From NCBI GenBank assembly GCA_965649825.1, contig OZ287711.1, positions 25,101-45,100 of the forward strand: DNA of 20,000 bases. The letters run 5' to 3'. Shown piece by piece: positions 18,098 through 20,000 of the stretch. Every line of letters begins with the position of its first letter. Positions within the stretch are counted from its first letter, which is position 1. The position numbers were made by a program, and so were the translations under genes. The DNA is from Penicillus capitatus (taxonomy: Eukaryota; Plantae; Chlorophyta). The notes under the pieces are model-generated. The model did no database searches. It was not told the origin of the DNA and was given only the letters and a program-made list of their open reading frames with translations.

Positions 18098-20000
18098 ATG
18101 ATCGACCGTTACTTCATGAGTGAGATGAAGTGTGTGACCAGCAGTTCCAGCAAGAATGTGGACACGTGATAGGTTTACAACCAATGCCAAGACATGAGAG
18201 AATCAGACCACAAGATTGTCTGAACTTCCATTTCAGAAGCAGAAGATTTGAAGTGCAGAGAACGCAGAACGAAAGGGACAACTGTCGAAAGTCTGTTTTT
18301 AGACTGAAGATGGACAACAGAGAAGGCAGCCCAATGACAGGCTACAGCAGCAGAGAAGAAAGCATCTCAATCACAAACCACAACGCCATCCGCCCGCCTT
18401 TGATCGCGAAGCATTTCTCCAAGCGAATTTCAGATTTGCTGTATCTGGTGAGCCATACATGATCAGGCTTAGTCGTGATCTTGATGTGACATTAGATGCT
18501 GTGGATATTGCCACTTTTCTCTCTAATCCAAATCAACCCTTTGCTTGGGAAGACGTTCTGCAGGTGCAGATGTTTACATCGGAAAACACCATGTGCCCCA
18601 TTTCGCTGGACAGTCCTCCGATCTGTCCGCATATCACGCCATGCGGTCACATCTTCTCATTCCCCTCGATCATGCGCCATCTGGTAGACGACCGACAGTC
18701 GATGCTCAGAAATGGATGGCGTGGTTCGCAGATGACAGCGGCTGCTAAGGGTACACCGGCACTCTGTCCTCTATGTTATACCAAGTTTGACGCACAAACG
18801 TTGCGTTGGGTGCATCTCGTTCCACAAAAGGTGCATTCAGATCTCATCGACGAGTGCCATTGACATGTGGTGTCTTATCAAAGGCACCCGTGCGTGGAGC
18901 TGAATGGAGGTTCTCTCTGATGAAGAAGACGAAGAATGGCGTTACTCCCGTTTGTGCATCGAGTAAGAAGTCCATGGTGTGCAGTGCGGCCATACATGAT
19001 GTGTTTGTCAGGTATGGATACACAGAAGCCTGCAGGGACATTCTCAATCGTCGACGATGTCAAATCTCATTTCCTCAATGTATCTTCGGAGTTGGCAGCC
19101 GCTGTTCTCTCGGTATCATCTACGGAGAGAAAAGAGAGAGCGATGGGCGTGTGTTGCCAGATTGGAGAGGATTCAGAAATGGAGGTCGAACTGGAAGCAT
19201 GCTTCGAGTGTTCTGAGAATCTGTGCCAGAGAGCCAAAGGTCCTCGCGCCTGAATAACAGGGTGTCCTGCATCTTTGTGTTTTCTAGATTTCGAACAGCG
19301 GCGATTGCAGCAGCTTGACAGCCAAGGCATCGTTCAGAAGACAGAAGTGCAGATCGTCGGCGCGGCAGAAAGCATCGAGAAGTCGATTCGACAGGTTTGG
19401 CAAGAGAGGGCGATACCCATAACTAACACATGTTTCTTTGCTGCTTTCTCCAGAATTTCTACAAACAACTCGAAAGGAAGGACACAGAAGAGCAGACATG
19501 TCATCACACATCAGACCTTCCGGCATCATCATCGCACCAGCAAGATTGGCCACCTCCAAGCGAAACACCAGATATGTTTGACGATGATCCGTGGCCCGAG
19601 GATGAAGAAACAGGTAAAGAAGCCTCTATGTCTGACACGAGTGGCAAGGATGTCACCTTCCCAGCTACTTTTGAGTTCCTTCCGATGATATAAAAATCGT
19701 TTTGGTTCATTTCTGAGCCATCTGAGCCTCTGTTTGATACATACGAGAGAGACCACACACATCCCTTCTCCAACGATACATGACATCGTCGCTGTGTCTT
19801 TGTAGAGTATCTCTCGTTTCAGTTCGGATCCTTCAGTCTCTTTCCGTTCCAAGGTCCGTCGGAGCAGACGGTCCCTGAAGAGACACCTAAGGATGTGGAA
19901 GTCGGTGAGTATTTCTACCAGTCTGAAGATGGACAGTGGCTGTTTCTGGATCCTGTCAACGTGCAATGTCTAATGACGCATTATGGCTCAGCCAAAGATT
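18098..20000 (+). CDS. RNF10: RNF10/Mag2-like RING protein, 3'-partial; start uncertain (ATG 18098, or an upstream extension through acceptor 18007 to ATG 17690)
   Basis: Introns 18120-18172, 18253-18302, 18448-18495, 18831-18883, 18963-19011, 19240-19287 and 19395-19453, plus at least one more near 19.6-19.8 kb. RNF10 signature blocks: QDCLNFHF, FDREAFLQANFRFAVS, NPNQPFAWEDV, CPISLDSPPICPHITPCGHIFSFPSIMRHL..CPLC, YFYQSEDGQWLFLDPVNVQCLMTHYGS. Confidence 0.9.

Noticed and set aside
1-20000. Reassigned TAA/TAG (Gln) code as in some ulvophytes; tRNA, rRNA, CRISPR or transposon features
   Set aside because: A gene terminates at TAA (3955) and no conserved frame needs TAA/TAG read-through. No cloverleaf, rRNA-like segment, repeat-spacer array, terminal inverted repeats or transposase/full RT motifs were seen.

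Overview
Gene-dense eukaryotic nuclear DNA (about 50% GC, standard genetic code). It is most consistent with a compact green alga (Chlorophyta), based on TGTAA signals shortly after several stop codons, a plastid-type cyanobacterial-derived gene and an SnRK2-like kinase fold. The species cannot be determined. Manual splicing of the ORF fragments gives about 9 intron-rich genes plus one doubtful ORF, with about 50 tiny GT-AG introns (mostly 36-75 nt). In order: (1) a 5'-partial Cys-rich multi-pass membrane protein; (2) a ~790-aa probably organelle-targeted protein whose C-terminus resembles the RT0/RT1 region of group II intron maturases; (3) a doubtful short ORF ending in a TTT-TGA site; (4) anoctamin/TMEM16; (5) a plastid-type SLOG/DprA-like protein; (6) UFM1, whose ATG is split by an intron; (7) an SnRK2-like pseudokinase; (8) a 117-aa basic protein with a CxHx4Cx2C tail; (9) a BET/GTE bromodomain-ET protein; (10) a 3'-partial RNF10/Mag2-like protein with a RING lacking one zinc site. 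No rRNA, tRNA, CRISPR array or transposon was recognised. All gene models are manual and all family calls are motif recognition from memory; no database search was run.
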